From NCBI GenBank assembly GCA_046716985.1, contig JBKJWG010000315.1, positions 1-54,508 of the forward strand: 54,508 nt of DNA, given 5' to 3'. The notes under the pieces were generated by a model. It was not told the DNA's origin and did no database searches. It saw only the letters and a list, made by a program, of their open reading frames with translations. This DNA is from Anaerolineales bacterium. GTDB taxonomy: Bacteria; Chloroflexota; Anaerolineae; Anaerolineales; UBA11579. Position 1 is the first letter of the stretch. Each line of letters begins with the position of its first letter. Of the stretch, positions 1 through 9,314 are shown piece by piece. Both the position numbers and the translations under genes were made by a program.

Positions 1-621
1 GCGCTGCGCTTCTTGTTTCGGCTGGACGCAGCGTTGTACGCGCTGCAAGGCCCGCTGGCGGTTGCCTACAACGGAGGCGTGCATACCAAGCATCGCCATA
101 CCGCTTATCACGATTTCTTTGTCGAACGCATTAAAAAAGGCGAGCGAGTTCTCGATATTGGTTGCGGCATTGGCGCGGTGGCATACGATTTGGCCGAGCG
201 CGCGGGTGCCATCGTAGATGGGATCGATCTCAACGAGACAAGCATCGCTGAGGCCAAGCGGCGATTTGTCCATCCAAACTTGCACTTTGCTGTGCAAGAC
301 GCATTGAAGCTGGATGTGAAGCAAGCCTACGATGTTGTGCTGCTCTCCAATGTACTGGAACACCTGAATGGCCGTCCGGAGTTCCTGAGGCGGGTGCAAC
401 AGCTGACCGGTGCCAAACGATTGTTCGTGCGCGTGCCGCTCTTCGAGCGCGATTGGCGCGTGCCGCTGAAGAAGGAACTGGGCGTGGAATGGCGGCTGGA
501 CCTGGATCACAAAACCGAATACACGCTGGATAGCTTTACCCAAGATGTTAAAGACGCCGGGCTACAAGTTAAGCATTTGGAAGTTCGTTGGGGCGAGATC
601 TGGTCGGAGTTGCAAGCCTGA
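1..621 (+). CDS. class I SAM-dependent methyltransferase (5' end probably cut by window edge)
   Basis: The frame is open from base 1, and the track start at 13 is a TTG inside that open frame. Motif I 'VLDIGCGIGAVAYDLA' and 'VVLLSNVLEHL' are typical of Rossmann-fold Methyltransf_11/25 enzymes. Stop TGA 619-621 shares one base with the next ATG. Confidence 0.8.
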   Translation, partial: ALRFLFRLDAALYALQGPLAVAYNGGVHTKHRHTAYHDFFVERIKKGERVLDIGCGIGAVAYDLAERAGAIVDGIDLNETSIAEAKRRFVHPNLHFAVQDALKLDVKQAYDVVLLSNVLEHLNGRPEFLRRVQQLTGAKRLFVRVPLFERDWRVPLKKELGVEWRLDLDHKTEYTLDSFTQDVKDAGLQVKHLEVRWGEIWSELQA

Positions 622-1322
622 TGGAAACTTTGCCTTTCGATCAGCAGCTATCTTATTCACTGCGCCGTCAGCATGTGGATGATTTTCTTACGCGCACTAT
701 CGTAGAGGAAGAAGCGCGGCAATCTCTACTGGATGTAGGCGGAGTTAAAGATCAGCAGCGCGGTAAATTCAGCGTGCCACAATCGGGCTTCAATGTAATC
801 ACAGTCAATATCTCAACGGAAAAGAATATAGACGTGCGCGCGGACGCTGCCCGGCTGCCTGTTCGGCCTAATAGTTTCGAGTGGGTGCTGTGTTCTGAAG
901 TACTTGAACATGTGGAGGAACCCCTGCGTGTGGTGGCGGAAATCTTTCGCGTCCTGCGCCCAGGCGGTAACGCGGTCATTACTGTGCCATTTCTTTTCCG
1001 ATTACACGCTGATCCGGTTGATATTGGTCGTTACACGCATTGGTTTTGGCGGCAACAGCTTGAAAAGATCGGCTTTCGCCAAATAACAATTGAGAAACAG
1101 GACTTGTTTTGGTCAGTCATGGTCGACATGCTGCGGGAGTGGTTTCGATACCTGGTAGTAAGCGAGCGCTTTAAGAGCAGGCTGGCAATCAACGTTTTCT
1201 CGCGCTTGATCCGCCGCTTTCGAAAGGCCGCAACCGCATTTGATGCGAAGCCTGCACATCAGGAACACGACTTTTTCGGCCGATACACCAGCGGATTTGG
1301 TATCGTGGCCACTAAGCCTTAG
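621..1322 (+). CDS. class I SAM-dependent methyltransferase
   Basis: Track ORF 588-1322 begins at a TTG. The in-frame ATG at 621 abuts the upstream stop (TGATG) and is the likelier start. Motifs 'LLDVGGV', 'VLCSEVLEHVEEP' and 'LRPGGNAVITVP' form a methyltransferase core. Confidence 0.75.
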   Translation: METLPFDQQLSYSLRRQHVDDFLTRTIVEEEARQSLLDVGGVKDQQRGKFSVPQSGFNVITVNISTEKNIDVRADAARLPVRPNSFEWVLCSEVLEHVEEPLRVVAEIFRVLRPGGNAVITVPFLFRLHADPVDIGRYTHWFWRQQLEKIGFRQITIEKQDLFWSVMVDMLREWFRYLVVSERFKSRLAINVFSRLIRRFRKAATAFDAKPAHQEHDFFGRYTSGFGIVATKP

Positions 1323-1333
1323 CGACCGAATCA

Positions 1334-2449
1334 ATGACAAAACCGCGCGTTGCCTATTTGTTGCAAATGTTTGGGATCGGGGGCATGCCCAAATGGCTCT
1401 ATCATCTTGCCGGCCAATTGCGGTCAGAATTCGAGTTTACGTTCATTGCAACGCACTCGAGGTATGTGATCCCAGAATATCGAGATGTGGCGCGCGTGGT
1501 GGTGCTGCCTTTCAACAAATGGGCGCTGGCCGCTTATTTGTTTGCCAATCGCATCGACATTGCTCAAGTAGCCAACCTGCGCACGTATGTGGACGCGGCG
1601 CGGCTGGCGCGTGTGCCCGTGATCATCGAGCGTGTAGACGGAATGCGCCGTGGCGCGGCGCTAGGTGCAAAAGATGGCCTGGACGCGGTGATCGCCTCGA
1701 CCAATGGGATCGTTCCGGAACTAAAGAAATTGACCTCGCCCGAGAAAATAAAGCTCATCTACAACGGAGTTGATCTGAAATCGTACGCGCACGCCAGTCC
1801 TGAGCGCTTTGGTTTTGGCGAGCAGGATGTGATCATTGGCAGAACCTCGCGCTTGTCGGGCGGCAAGAATATTTCTCTGCTTATTCAAGCAGTTATTGAA
1901 TTGCGCAAAGAGAAAAAGTACAGCCATGTGCGTTTAGTGATCTGCGGCGGAGATACAACCCAGCCCGGGGCGGCGCCAATGCTCGAAACCTTGAGGCGAG
2001 AAGCTGGCCCGCTGGGCGAGAACGTCGTTTTCACCGGCGAAGTTTTGAATACAGTCGCTATTACCTGTGGGTACGATATCGCCACTTGCACCTCTAGACC
2101 CAACAATGAGGGCATCCCCAATTCATTGATCGAGGCAATGGCAGCGGGCAAGCCGGTGGTCGCTAGCGAGGTGGATGACATTCCGGAGCTGGTGGAGGAT
2201 AGGCGCACGGGACTGTTGTTCCCATCAGACGATCTGGCCCAATTGGGGCAAACGTTGAAAAAACTTGTTGATGATGAAGGTCTGCGAAAACAGATGGGCG
2301 CAACAGGCAAAAAGCGCGTTGCCGCGGATTTTGATCTTGAAAAACAGACTCGCAAATATGCACAACTCTACGCCGAGTTGCTGACACAAAAGGGAAGACA
2401 CCCAATGAATCGGACGCGTGCAGCCAGTGAGAAGGCGTTAATCTTATGA
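1334..2449 (+). CDS. GT4-family (GT-B) glycosyltransferase
   Basis: 371 aa with an ATG start. Carries the C-terminal Glycos_transf_1 signature 'NNEGIPNSLIEAMAAGKPVVASEVDDIPELVEDRRTGLLF'. Confidence 0.8.
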   Translation: MTKPRVAYLLQMFGIGGMPKWLYHLAGQLRSEFEFTFIATHSRYVIPEYRDVARVVVLPFNKWALAAYLFANRIDIAQVANLRTYVDAARLARVPVIIERVDGMRRGAALGAKDGLDAVIASTNGIVPELKKLTSPEKIKLIYNGVDLKSYAHASPERFGFGEQDVIIGRTSRLSGGKNISLLIQAVIELRKEKKYSHVRLVICGGDTTQPGAAPMLETLRREAGPLGENVVFTGEVLNTVAITCGYDIATCTSRPNNEGIPNSLIEAMAAGKPVVASEVDDIPELVEDRRTGLLFPSDDLAQLGQTLKKLVDDEGLRKQMGATGKKRVAADFDLEKQTRKYAQLYAELLTQKGRHPMNRTRAASEKALIL

Positions 2450-3540
2450 GCATCCCGCGCGGCGCCCGATCATTGTTTTCGCTCACGCGTCGAAGGTTGA
2501 ACCCGAGTACGCAACCGGCCCTTTATTACGTCGTGCCCGGCGTGAATTGGGTGCTCGATTGGGTGGGCCACTATGTAACCCAGGGCGTGCAAGACCAATT
2601 CGGTCTTGATGCGCACGTGGTGCAATCGGCGCGCGGGTTATCGAGGCAGATCGTGCACTATGGCTCACTGTGGGACATCCTCGCTAATTTGGAGGCGCGC
2701 CACACGGTGCGCAATCTAAGTGTAGGCACCATCTTCCACGGGCAAAAAGACAGCCCGGAATTCGAAGATGCGCTTGGCAGGGTTCTGGCCAAGGTACAGT
2801 CCTTTGCCAAGCTGCATACCGCTAGCTTAATCATGGAGCAGCGTTTGTTGGATTGGGGCGTCCCCGCCAACAAGCTAGCCTGCATCCCACTCGGAGTGGA
2901 TCTGCAACGCTTTCGCCCTGCCACCGCAGCTGAGCGCAGTGAGCGGCGTAAAGAGTTGGGCATATCCGATGATGCATTTTGCATCGGGTCGTTCCATAAG
3001 GATGGTCAGGGCATGGGCCAGGGTGATGTGCCGAAATTGATCAAGGGCCCCGATGTGCTTGTGGAGGTAATCGGCAAACTAGCTAAGCGGCAAAAGGTTT
3101 TTATTTTGCTGAGTGCGCCGGCACGCGGCTATGTGAAGAAAGGGCTGGATGCGCTTGGCGTTTCTTATCGTCACGTGGTCGAGGAAGACTACCACCGCAT
3201 CCCGCGTCTTTATCACGCGCTCGATCTTTACTTGCTGACTTCGCGCGAGGAAGGTGGCCCCAAAGGCGTGCTGGAGGCGCTGGCCTCCGGTGTGCCTTTC
3301 GTTGGCACGCGGGTTGGCTTGGTGCCCGATGTGATTAGGTCAGAGAAGCAAGGCTTTCTGGCAGATAGTGAGGATGTGCCAACCTTGACCGCCCACGTCG
3401 AGCGCTTGATCGAAGATCCCCAATTGCGAGCGAGCTTTTCGGCCGATGGTTTAAAAGCCATTCAGGCCTACGACTGGCCGATCATTGCTGCACGCTATTA
3501 CCGCGAAATTTATGAGCCTTTGTTACCCATCGCCAAATGA
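2446..3540 (+). CDS. GT4-family (GT-B) glycosyltransferase
   Basis: ATGA overlap with the upstream stop. Signature 'REEGGPKGVLEALASGVPFVGTRVGLVPDVI' is followed by 'GFLADSEDV'. Confidence 0.75.
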   Translation: MSIPRGARSLFSLTRRRLNPSTQPALYYVVPGVNWVLDWVGHYVTQGVQDQFGLDAHVVQSARGLSRQIVHYGSLWDILANLEARHTVRNLSVGTIFHGQKDSPEFEDALGRVLAKVQSFAKLHTASLIMEQRLLDWGVPANKLACIPLGVDLQRFRPATAAERSERRKELGISDDAFCIGSFHKDGQGMGQGDVPKLIKGPDVLVEVIGKLAKRQKVFILLSAPARGYVKKGLDALGVSYRHVVEEDYHRIPRLYHALDLYLLTSREEGGPKGVLEALASGVPFVGTRVGLVPDVIRSEKQGFLADSEDVPTLTAHVERLIEDPQLRASFSADGLKAIQAYDWPIIAARYYREIYEPLLPIAK

Positions 3541-4637
3541 AGCTGACCCTGTTTTTTACGGAAGGTGTGTCGCTGCAAACCTGGAACGAAGTAGGCATGC
3601 TAGATCGGGAGTTGGCCATTTATAAAGCCTTGCAAAAACGCGGCGTTAAGGTCGGCTTCGTTACGTATGGAAACAGTCGGGATCTGCAATTCGCCTCGCG
3701 GCTGCCTGGTATTGCGTTGCGCGCGAATGATTTAGGCTTGCCCATCTCTAAATATAAACGCGCTCTGCAAACAGAGCCGCCCATGGGCGATATATTCAAG
3801 AGCAATCAAGTGGCGGGGGCGGAAGTGGCGTTGAGCGCGGCGCGACAGGCGAAAACCAAATTCGTGGCGCGTTGCGGATATCTGTTATCGGAATTTCAAG
3901 AGCAGCGCTATGGGACCAAGTCCGGCGAGGCCAAGGCCGCTCGGGACTTAGAACGCGAAGTCTTCCTCGGCGCGGACGCGGTTGTCGTAACCACTGACGC
4001 GATGGCTAACTCGATCAAGGAACGCTACTCGGTTCAAGATAGCGTTATTCGAGTGATCCCAAATTATGTTGAAACCGACCGATTTGCTCCTTTAAGACGG
4101 GATCCCAATCAAAAGTTTCGTATTGCATTTGTCGGGCGCCTGGATAAACAAAAGAACTTATTTGCGTTTGTGGAGGCTGTCGCGCCATTGGATGTCGAAG
4201 TATGGCTGATTGGTTACGGTCCGCAGCGCGCCGAATTGGAGAAGAAGGGGCGGGGTTCAAAGGCAGACTTCCGCTTTGTAGGCAACGTTCCCAATGTGGA
4301 ATTGCCGGGCTTGTTGAATAGCTGCGATATTTTCGTGCTGCCGTCCCTTTATGAAGGCCACCCGAAGGCATTGCTGGAAGCGATGGCGTGCGGGCTGCCC
4401 GTCATCGGCACCAGGGTAGCGGGAACCCGCGAGCTGATTCAAGATGGTGAAAACGGGGTCGTGTGTGAAACGAACGCCGCAAGCATTCGCTCGGCGATCG
4501 AGCGACTGGTCAACGATGCTGCTTTGCGCAAAAGATTAGGGAAGGCAGCGCGGTCTTTTATCGAGAAACGATTTGCTCTAGATCGCGTAGTTGAGCTCGA
4601 AATGAGCTTGCTAAATGAGTTGGTGGATCAGAAATAA
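3537..4637 (+). CDS. GT4-family (GT-B) glycosyltransferase
   Basis: ATGA overlap with the upstream stop. Signature 'YEGHPKALLEAMACGLPVIGTRVAGTRELIQDGENGVV'. Confidence 0.8.
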   Translation: MKLTLFFTEGVSLQTWNEVGMLDRELAIYKALQKRGVKVGFVTYGNSRDLQFASRLPGIALRANDLGLPISKYKRALQTEPPMGDIFKSNQVAGAEVALSAARQAKTKFVARCGYLLSEFQEQRYGTKSGEAKAARDLEREVFLGADAVVVTTDAMANSIKERYSVQDSVIRVIPNYVETDRFAPLRRDPNQKFRIAFVGRLDKQKNLFAFVEAVAPLDVEVWLIGYGPQRAELEKKGRGSKADFRFVGNVPNVELPGLLNSCDIFVLPSLYEGHPKALLEAMACGLPVIGTRVAGTRELIQDGENGVVCETNAASIRSAIERLVNDAALRKRLGKAARSFIEKRFALDRVVELEMSLLNELVDQK

Positions 4638-5653
4638 TGCCAAAGATATCGGTTGTAATGGCCGTCCGCAACGGGATGCCTTTTCTGTCTGAGACCGTCC
4701 AGAGCATTTTGGATCAGAGCTTTCGCGATTTCGAGTTCATCGTGATCGATGATGCCTCGTCGGACGGTAGTTCAAAGGTCTTGCATGAGATCAAAGATGA
4801 CCGAGTACAGATGATTACGAATAAAAAACAATTAGGTCTATCTCGCAGCCTGAACAAGGGCTTGGCGGCAGCCAAGGGCAAATACATCGCCCGTATGGAT
4901 CATGACGACATAAGCTTGCCAGGCCGGCTGGCTGCCCAGTCTGATTATTTGGAATCTAATCCAAGAATTGATGTAGTGGGCACCTGGGCGCGCACCCTTG
5001 GTTTGCACCGCGAACAAACCTGGAATTATCCGACCACCGACGAAGAGATACGCGCTGAAATGCTGTTTAGCTCGGTTCTGGTGCATTCTTCTGTCCTGCT
5101 CAGGCGTTCAACTTTTGCGAAATACAAATTGCGCTATGATCCCGAGGTGACTCGCGCCCAGGATTACGAGCTCTGGACGCGGGGAGCTAAGCACCTTCGC
5201 TTTGCCAATCTAGGCAAAGTCTTGCTGCGCTATCGCATCCACCCGCAGCAAGTTGGCCGAAACCACGGTAATCAGCAGCAAGCGGTGGCTGCTAAGATAC
5301 GAGCCAGGCAACTTAGAGCATTAGGCTGGCGACCCAGCCAAAGTCAGCTTAACCTTCATAATTTGATCAGTCAATGGAGTTTTCCGGCTTCACGCGCTGG
5401 ATTGTTGGAGGTCGAGAGCTGGCTTCTGGCGATCCGTTTCGCTAATGAACAAACTCGGGGCTACGATCCAAAAGGGTTGGATGCCGTTTTGGAGCGGCGC
5501 TGGTGGGCGGCATGCCGAGCTGCGATCAATTTAGGCAAGCCGGCATGGGCCTTATACAAAGGTTCAAACCTGGCGAGCCAAAGCAATCGCTCGGCAACCG
5601 ACAAGGCTGTTTTTTGGTCTAAGGCTTTGCTGCGAGAAGGCCGCCAACGATGA
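4637..5653 (+). CDS. GT2-family (GT-A) glycosyltransferase
   Basis: TAATG junction with the upstream gene. N-terminal 'ISVVMAVRNGMPFLSETVQSILDQSFRDFEFIVIDDASSDGS' and DxD-type 'ARMDHDDIS' match the classic Glycos_transf_2 layout. Confidence 0.85.
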   Translation: MPKISVVMAVRNGMPFLSETVQSILDQSFRDFEFIVIDDASSDGSSKVLHEIKDDRVQMITNKKQLGLSRSLNKGLAAAKGKYIARMDHDDISLPGRLAAQSDYLESNPRIDVVGTWARTLGLHREQTWNYPTTDEEIRAEMLFSSVLVHSSVLLRRSTFAKYKLRYDPEVTRAQDYELWTRGAKHLRFANLGKVLLRYRIHPQQVGRNHGNQQQAVAAKIRARQLRALGWRPSQSQLNLHNLISQWSFPASRAGLLEVESWLLAIRFANEQTRGYDPKGLDAVLERRWWAACRAAINLGKPAWALYKGSNLASQSNRSATDKAVFWSKALLREGRQR

Positions 5654-6870
5654 AATTTGCCTCGCCACTGAAGATCGCCATTGTTGCCGCGTCGGCGCCC
5701 CCTCACAGCTCGGGAGGGGTTGCCAGCGCGCACTACAACCTTTTCTGTGCGCTAAAAGATAAAGGGCTTTCGGTAAAACTATTCACTTTTTTCGATAACG
5801 GGATTTTGGAAAACCGTGGCGGCTCCATTGTTCGGCGCGGCGCTTCGGCGCGGCTGGTAAAGGCGATCTATTGGCTGGCGCAACTGCCGTTTCGGATCAT
5901 TCAACCTGGCAAATTGGCATATCAAAGCGCGGTAATTTTTAGATCATCCATCGGCGCGTTCAAAATGGGGCGCGCCGTGGTCCAGTTTGATCCAGATATC
6001 GTCATTCTTTCCGATCATGGAGCTCCCGGGTTGTTCGTCCAAAAAAGAGCCGGGCAAAGATTCGTGTTGATCTCTCACCATAACCCCGCCCGCTTTGCGA
6101 AGGAACCATTGCTGGGTGATTATTCCGCACTGGATGCCAGGCTAGCGATCAAGCTCGAAGAAATAGTCTTGAAGAAAGTTGACCAAGTGATTTGCCCTTC
6201 GCGCTACATCTCAAAATGGTTCCACAAAACCTACTCTTTTGAGGGCCCGGTAAGCGTTTTGCCAAATTTGATCGACCTTAGATTGATCGATTCGATAAAG
6301 CCTGCTGCTGCGCGCAAACAAATGAAGCTGCCTAAAGAGGCGATATTGATCTACTTGCCATCCGCCGGCACGCGTATCAAAGGCTCTCATTTTCTTGTGG
6401 CGATCATTGACGGACTATTCAAGACGACGAAGAAAAAAATCGGACTATATATTCCTGGCTATGTGGACGAGGATATGAAAAACCAGTTGAAGGCTGACCG
6501 ACGAGCCGATTCCCTTTATATGCCAGGGCAACTTAATTACAAGGAACATGTGGCAATCGTCAAGGTTTGCAGTTTCGGCATCACCCCGGCAGTAATGGAA
6601 AATTTCAGCATGGCCATCCTTGAAGCCACCTATTCGGGGGTGCCGATGCTTGCATTCCAGCGGGGCGGCAACGAAGATATTATCGAGAACGGCAAGAACG
6701 GCTACTTATTTCCCGCCTTCAATGTGAAAAAAATGCTCGAAGTGGCAAATCATCTAATGGGCAACGAGCGAATTAATGCTTTCAAGAAGCGAACAAAGAG
6801 TTTTACGCGCAAAAAATTCAATTCAGAATTAATCCTAGAACAGTATTTGCAAGTACTGGGCATTGGTTAA
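5650..6870 (+). CDS. GT4-family (GT-B) glycosyltransferase
   Basis: ATGA overlap with the upstream stop. Signature 'MENFSMAILEATYSGVPMLAFQRGGNEDIIENGKNGYLF'. The gene lies in a visibly AT-richer stretch. Confidence 0.75.
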   Translation: MKFASPLKIAIVAASAPPHSSGGVASAHYNLFCALKDKGLSVKLFTFFDNGILENRGGSIVRRGASARLVKAIYWLAQLPFRIIQPGKLAYQSAVIFRSSIGAFKMGRAVVQFDPDIVILSDHGAPGLFVQKRAGQRFVLISHHNPARFAKEPLLGDYSALDARLAIKLEEIVLKKVDQVICPSRYISKWFHKTYSFEGPVSVLPNLIDLRLIDSIKPAAARKQMKLPKEAILIYLPSAGTRIKGSHFLVAIIDGLFKTTKKKIGLYIPGYVDEDMKNQLKADRRADSLYMPGQLNYKEHVAIVKVCSFGITPAVMENFSMAILEATYSGVPMLAFQRGGNEDIIENGKNGYLFPAFNVKKMLEVANHLMGNERINAFKKRTKSFTRKKFNSELILEQYLQVLGIG

Positions 6871-6887
6871 GCGGAATTGGACAAGCT

Positions 6888-7802
6888 ATGAAAAACAAAG
6901 ATTTTGCTGAACAGAGCTATAGCCACCATGAAAAGCATTATGAGGAATATAGCCAGAGCGATGAAAAAAAACGCCGGGCGCGCAGTTGGCAGCAGACCGA
7001 CACGGTGGATGCCTGGTGCCGGCAGCGCCTAATTGGGGCAATCGACCCGATCTTGCAAGCATTTCCTGATGCGCGCTGGCTAACAGTGGGCGACGGCAGA
7101 TATGGCTGCGATGCTCACTATATTGAGAGCCAAGGTTCTAACGCGCTTGCTACGGATATTTCCGATGTGCTGCTAAAGCAAGCCGTGAAGGAAGGTTACA
7201 TCAAGGCCGGTCGCAAAGAAAACGCCGAGGCGCTTTCTTTCAAACAGAGTGAATTTGACTTTGCGCTCTGCAAAGACTCGCTGCACCATTTCCCTCGGCC
7301 ACCCCTTGCTATTTATGAAATGTTGCGGGTGGCCGAAAAAGGGATCGTGTTGATCGAACCTAATGACGAATTTATTCTTTCGGAATTGCTCGAACATATT
7401 TATCGCGCACTAAAAGATTTTTTCTTCGCAGTCTTTCTGCGGCGGGCAAAGAAAAAATATCAATACGAAGAAGTCGGAAACTTTATATATGGAATTTCAC
7501 TAAGAGAAATTGAAAAAATGGCCCTGGCTCTAAATTATGAAGCGGTTGCCTTTAAGGGTATTAATAACTACTACATTGATGGCATAGAAGACGAAAAGCT
7601 AAGTGAAAACGGGCCGCTACAAAAGAAAGTGCGTTTCATGATCACCTGGCGGAATTTATTAAGTAGGTTAGGACTAAAACCAGCCGGTGTGTTGGCGGCT
7701 GTAATTTTCAAAATACCAGTGAGCGAATTGCTCGGTAAACAACTCTCGGCCGCCGGGTATAAAACAATTCGGCTGCCGCGCAACCCCTACTTGGCTGGCT
7801 GA
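6888..7802 (+). CDS. putative SAM-dependent methyltransferase
   Basis: 304 aa. 'WLTVGDGRYGCDAHYI' is a degenerate motif I. '...ATDISD...' and 'FDFALCKDSLHHFPRPPLAIYEMLRVAEKGIVLIEPND' resemble the class I MTase core. The match is weaker than for the other MTases. Confidence 0.55.
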   Translation: MKNKDFAEQSYSHHEKHYEEYSQSDEKKRRARSWQQTDTVDAWCRQRLIGAIDPILQAFPDARWLTVGDGRYGCDAHYIESQGSNALATDISDVLLKQAVKEGYIKAGRKENAEALSFKQSEFDFALCKDSLHHFPRPPLAIYEMLRVAEKGIVLIEPNDEFILSELLEHIYRALKDFFFAVFLRRAKKKYQYEEVGNFIYGISLREIEKMALALNYEAVAFKGINNYYIDGIEDEKLSENGPLQKKVRFMITWRNLLSRLGLKPAGVLAAVIFKIPVSELLGKQLSAAGYKTIRLPRNPYLAG

Positions 7803-7817
7803 TTCCCCGGAAACAAA

Positions 7818-8849
7818 TTGGCAAAAATTACGTTTGGCATCCTTGCACTTAATGCTCAGCCGCTGCTGGAATATAACCTGCGCGCGTTGTATCCCTTTGC
7901 GCACGAGATCATAGTTGTCGAGGGCGCCACGCGTCCCGCGGCTACATTGGCTGGAACGGATGGCCACTCCAGCGACGATACATTGAAGATGCTCGAACTA
8001 TTCAAGAAAACCTCAGACCTCGAAAACAAACTCCACCTTGTTTCCGCCGCAGACGAGGGACATTCGGATGGATTGTGGCCAGAGAAAGATGAGATGTCGC
8101 AAGCCTTTGCCAAACGGGCTGGCGGTGATTGGCTCTGGCAAATCGACAGTGATGAGTTTTATCGCGCCGAGGACATTGAAAAAGTAATCCGATTGCTCGA
8201 TGAACAACCGGATATTTCAGGAATTTCATTTCCCTTCTATGAATTCTGGGGGGGCTTCGACTATTTCACAACTGGTACCTGGTACCTATATGAATTCACT
8301 GAAGTCCGCCGCCTCTTTCGTTGGCGACGCGGATATTCTTATAGCAGCCATCGCCCACCAACTGTGCTGGATCGAGATGGACACAACTTGGATTTGTCGA
8401 GATGGGTTAGCGGAAGGCAAATGCGCGTACAGGGCATCTTTATGTACCACTATTCTTATGTCTTTCCAAAGCAAGCTCAGCAAAAAGTTGGCTACTACTC
8501 CAACGTGGATTGGACAGATGTGTTTCGGGAAAATTCTCGTTGGCTAGATAATAGCTATGTGCAACTCAAACACCCTATGTTTTTGGGCGACCGCGGACCG
8601 GAGTTGCAATGGCTAGAACGCTTTAAGGGCGAACACCCTAAAGCCATCCAGCAATTGCAACGTGATTTGTCCTCAGGCAAGATGAACGAACCTTTGCGCT
8701 TGACAGAAGATATTGAGCGGCTGCTAGCCTCGCCGATCTATTATTTTGAGCGAATGCTGGCGCGCATATTTTTGGTGATTTTTTGGCCGCTGCGCGGGAT
8801 ATGGAAGAAGCTGCGTTATGGGTTGGTGGGCACCGGGAGGGCAGCCTGA
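7818..8849 (+). CDS. GT2-like (GT-A fold) glycosyltransferase
   Basis: Only a TTG start is available at 7818. 'KITFGILALNAQPLLEYNLRALYPFAHEIIVVEGA' and the DxD-like 'WQIDSDEFY' suggest a GT-A fold. The family assignment is tentative. Confidence 0.55.
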   Translation: MAKITFGILALNAQPLLEYNLRALYPFAHEIIVVEGATRPAATLAGTDGHSSDDTLKMLELFKKTSDLENKLHLVSAADEGHSDGLWPEKDEMSQAFAKRAGGDWLWQIDSDEFYRAEDIEKVIRLLDEQPDISGISFPFYEFWGGFDYFTTGTWYLYEFTEVRRLFRWRRGYSYSSHRPPTVLDRDGHNLDLSRWVSGRQMRVQGIFMYHYSYVFPKQAQQKVGYYSNVDWTDVFRENSRWLDNSYVQLKHPMFLGDRGPELQWLERFKGEHPKAIQQLQRDLSSGKMNEPLRLTEDIERLLASPIYYFERMLARIFLVIFWPLRGIWKKLRYGLVGTGRAA

Positions 8850-8900
8850 AATGCTACAGGCAACGGGTGCGCACCATATAATTTCCCTTTGGGAGAGCGA

Positions 8901-9314
8901 ATGAGCGTCGAAATTGTAGAACACGGCGGAAAAAAATATGCCGAGATCATTTGGGGAAAGGAGCGGGTGGATATAACCACGTTTTATTCGCCAGCTGTAT
9001 CTTCGTTTCAGTTCGGGCTTCTGGCGCACAAGGCTGGCTTTGCTGAGCCGCCGCATTATCACAAGCCTGTAACAAGGACGATCAGCGACCTGCAGCAAAT
9101 GTTCGTCGTGCAGCGCGGCGTAATTGCCGTGGAGCTATACGATGATGACGGCAACTTGCTGCGGGAGATCGAAATGCACGCAGGCGACGCCATTGTGTTG
9201 ATCCACGGCGTGCATGCGATCCGCGTGATCGAAGATATGCAATGCATCAGTGTGAAACAAGGTCCCTATCTCGGTGAAGAAGAAGACAAGGTCTTTGTGG
9301 ATGTGAAAAAGTGA
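8901..9314 (+). CDS. small cupin-fold protein (WbuC-like?)
   Basis: The track start at 8889 is a TTG. The ATG at 8901 is preceded by GGGAGAG. About 137 aa with His-containing beta-barrel motifs 'PPHYHKPV' and 'HGVHAIRV'. It sits immediately upstream of the sugar aminotransferase. Confidence 0.5.
   Translation: MSVEIVEHGGKKYAEIIWGKERVDITTFYSPAVSSFQFGLLAHKAGFAEPPHYHKPVTRTISDLQQMFVVQRGVIAVELYDDDGNLLREIEMHAGDAIVLIHGVHAIRVIEDMQCISVKQGPYLGEEEDKVFVDVKK

Noticed and set aside
1240-1773. 177-aa plus-strand ORF overlapping the end of the second MTase and the start of the first GT4
   Set aside because: It is in an alternative frame to two motif-bearing genes, and its translation is Cys/Arg-rich without motifs.
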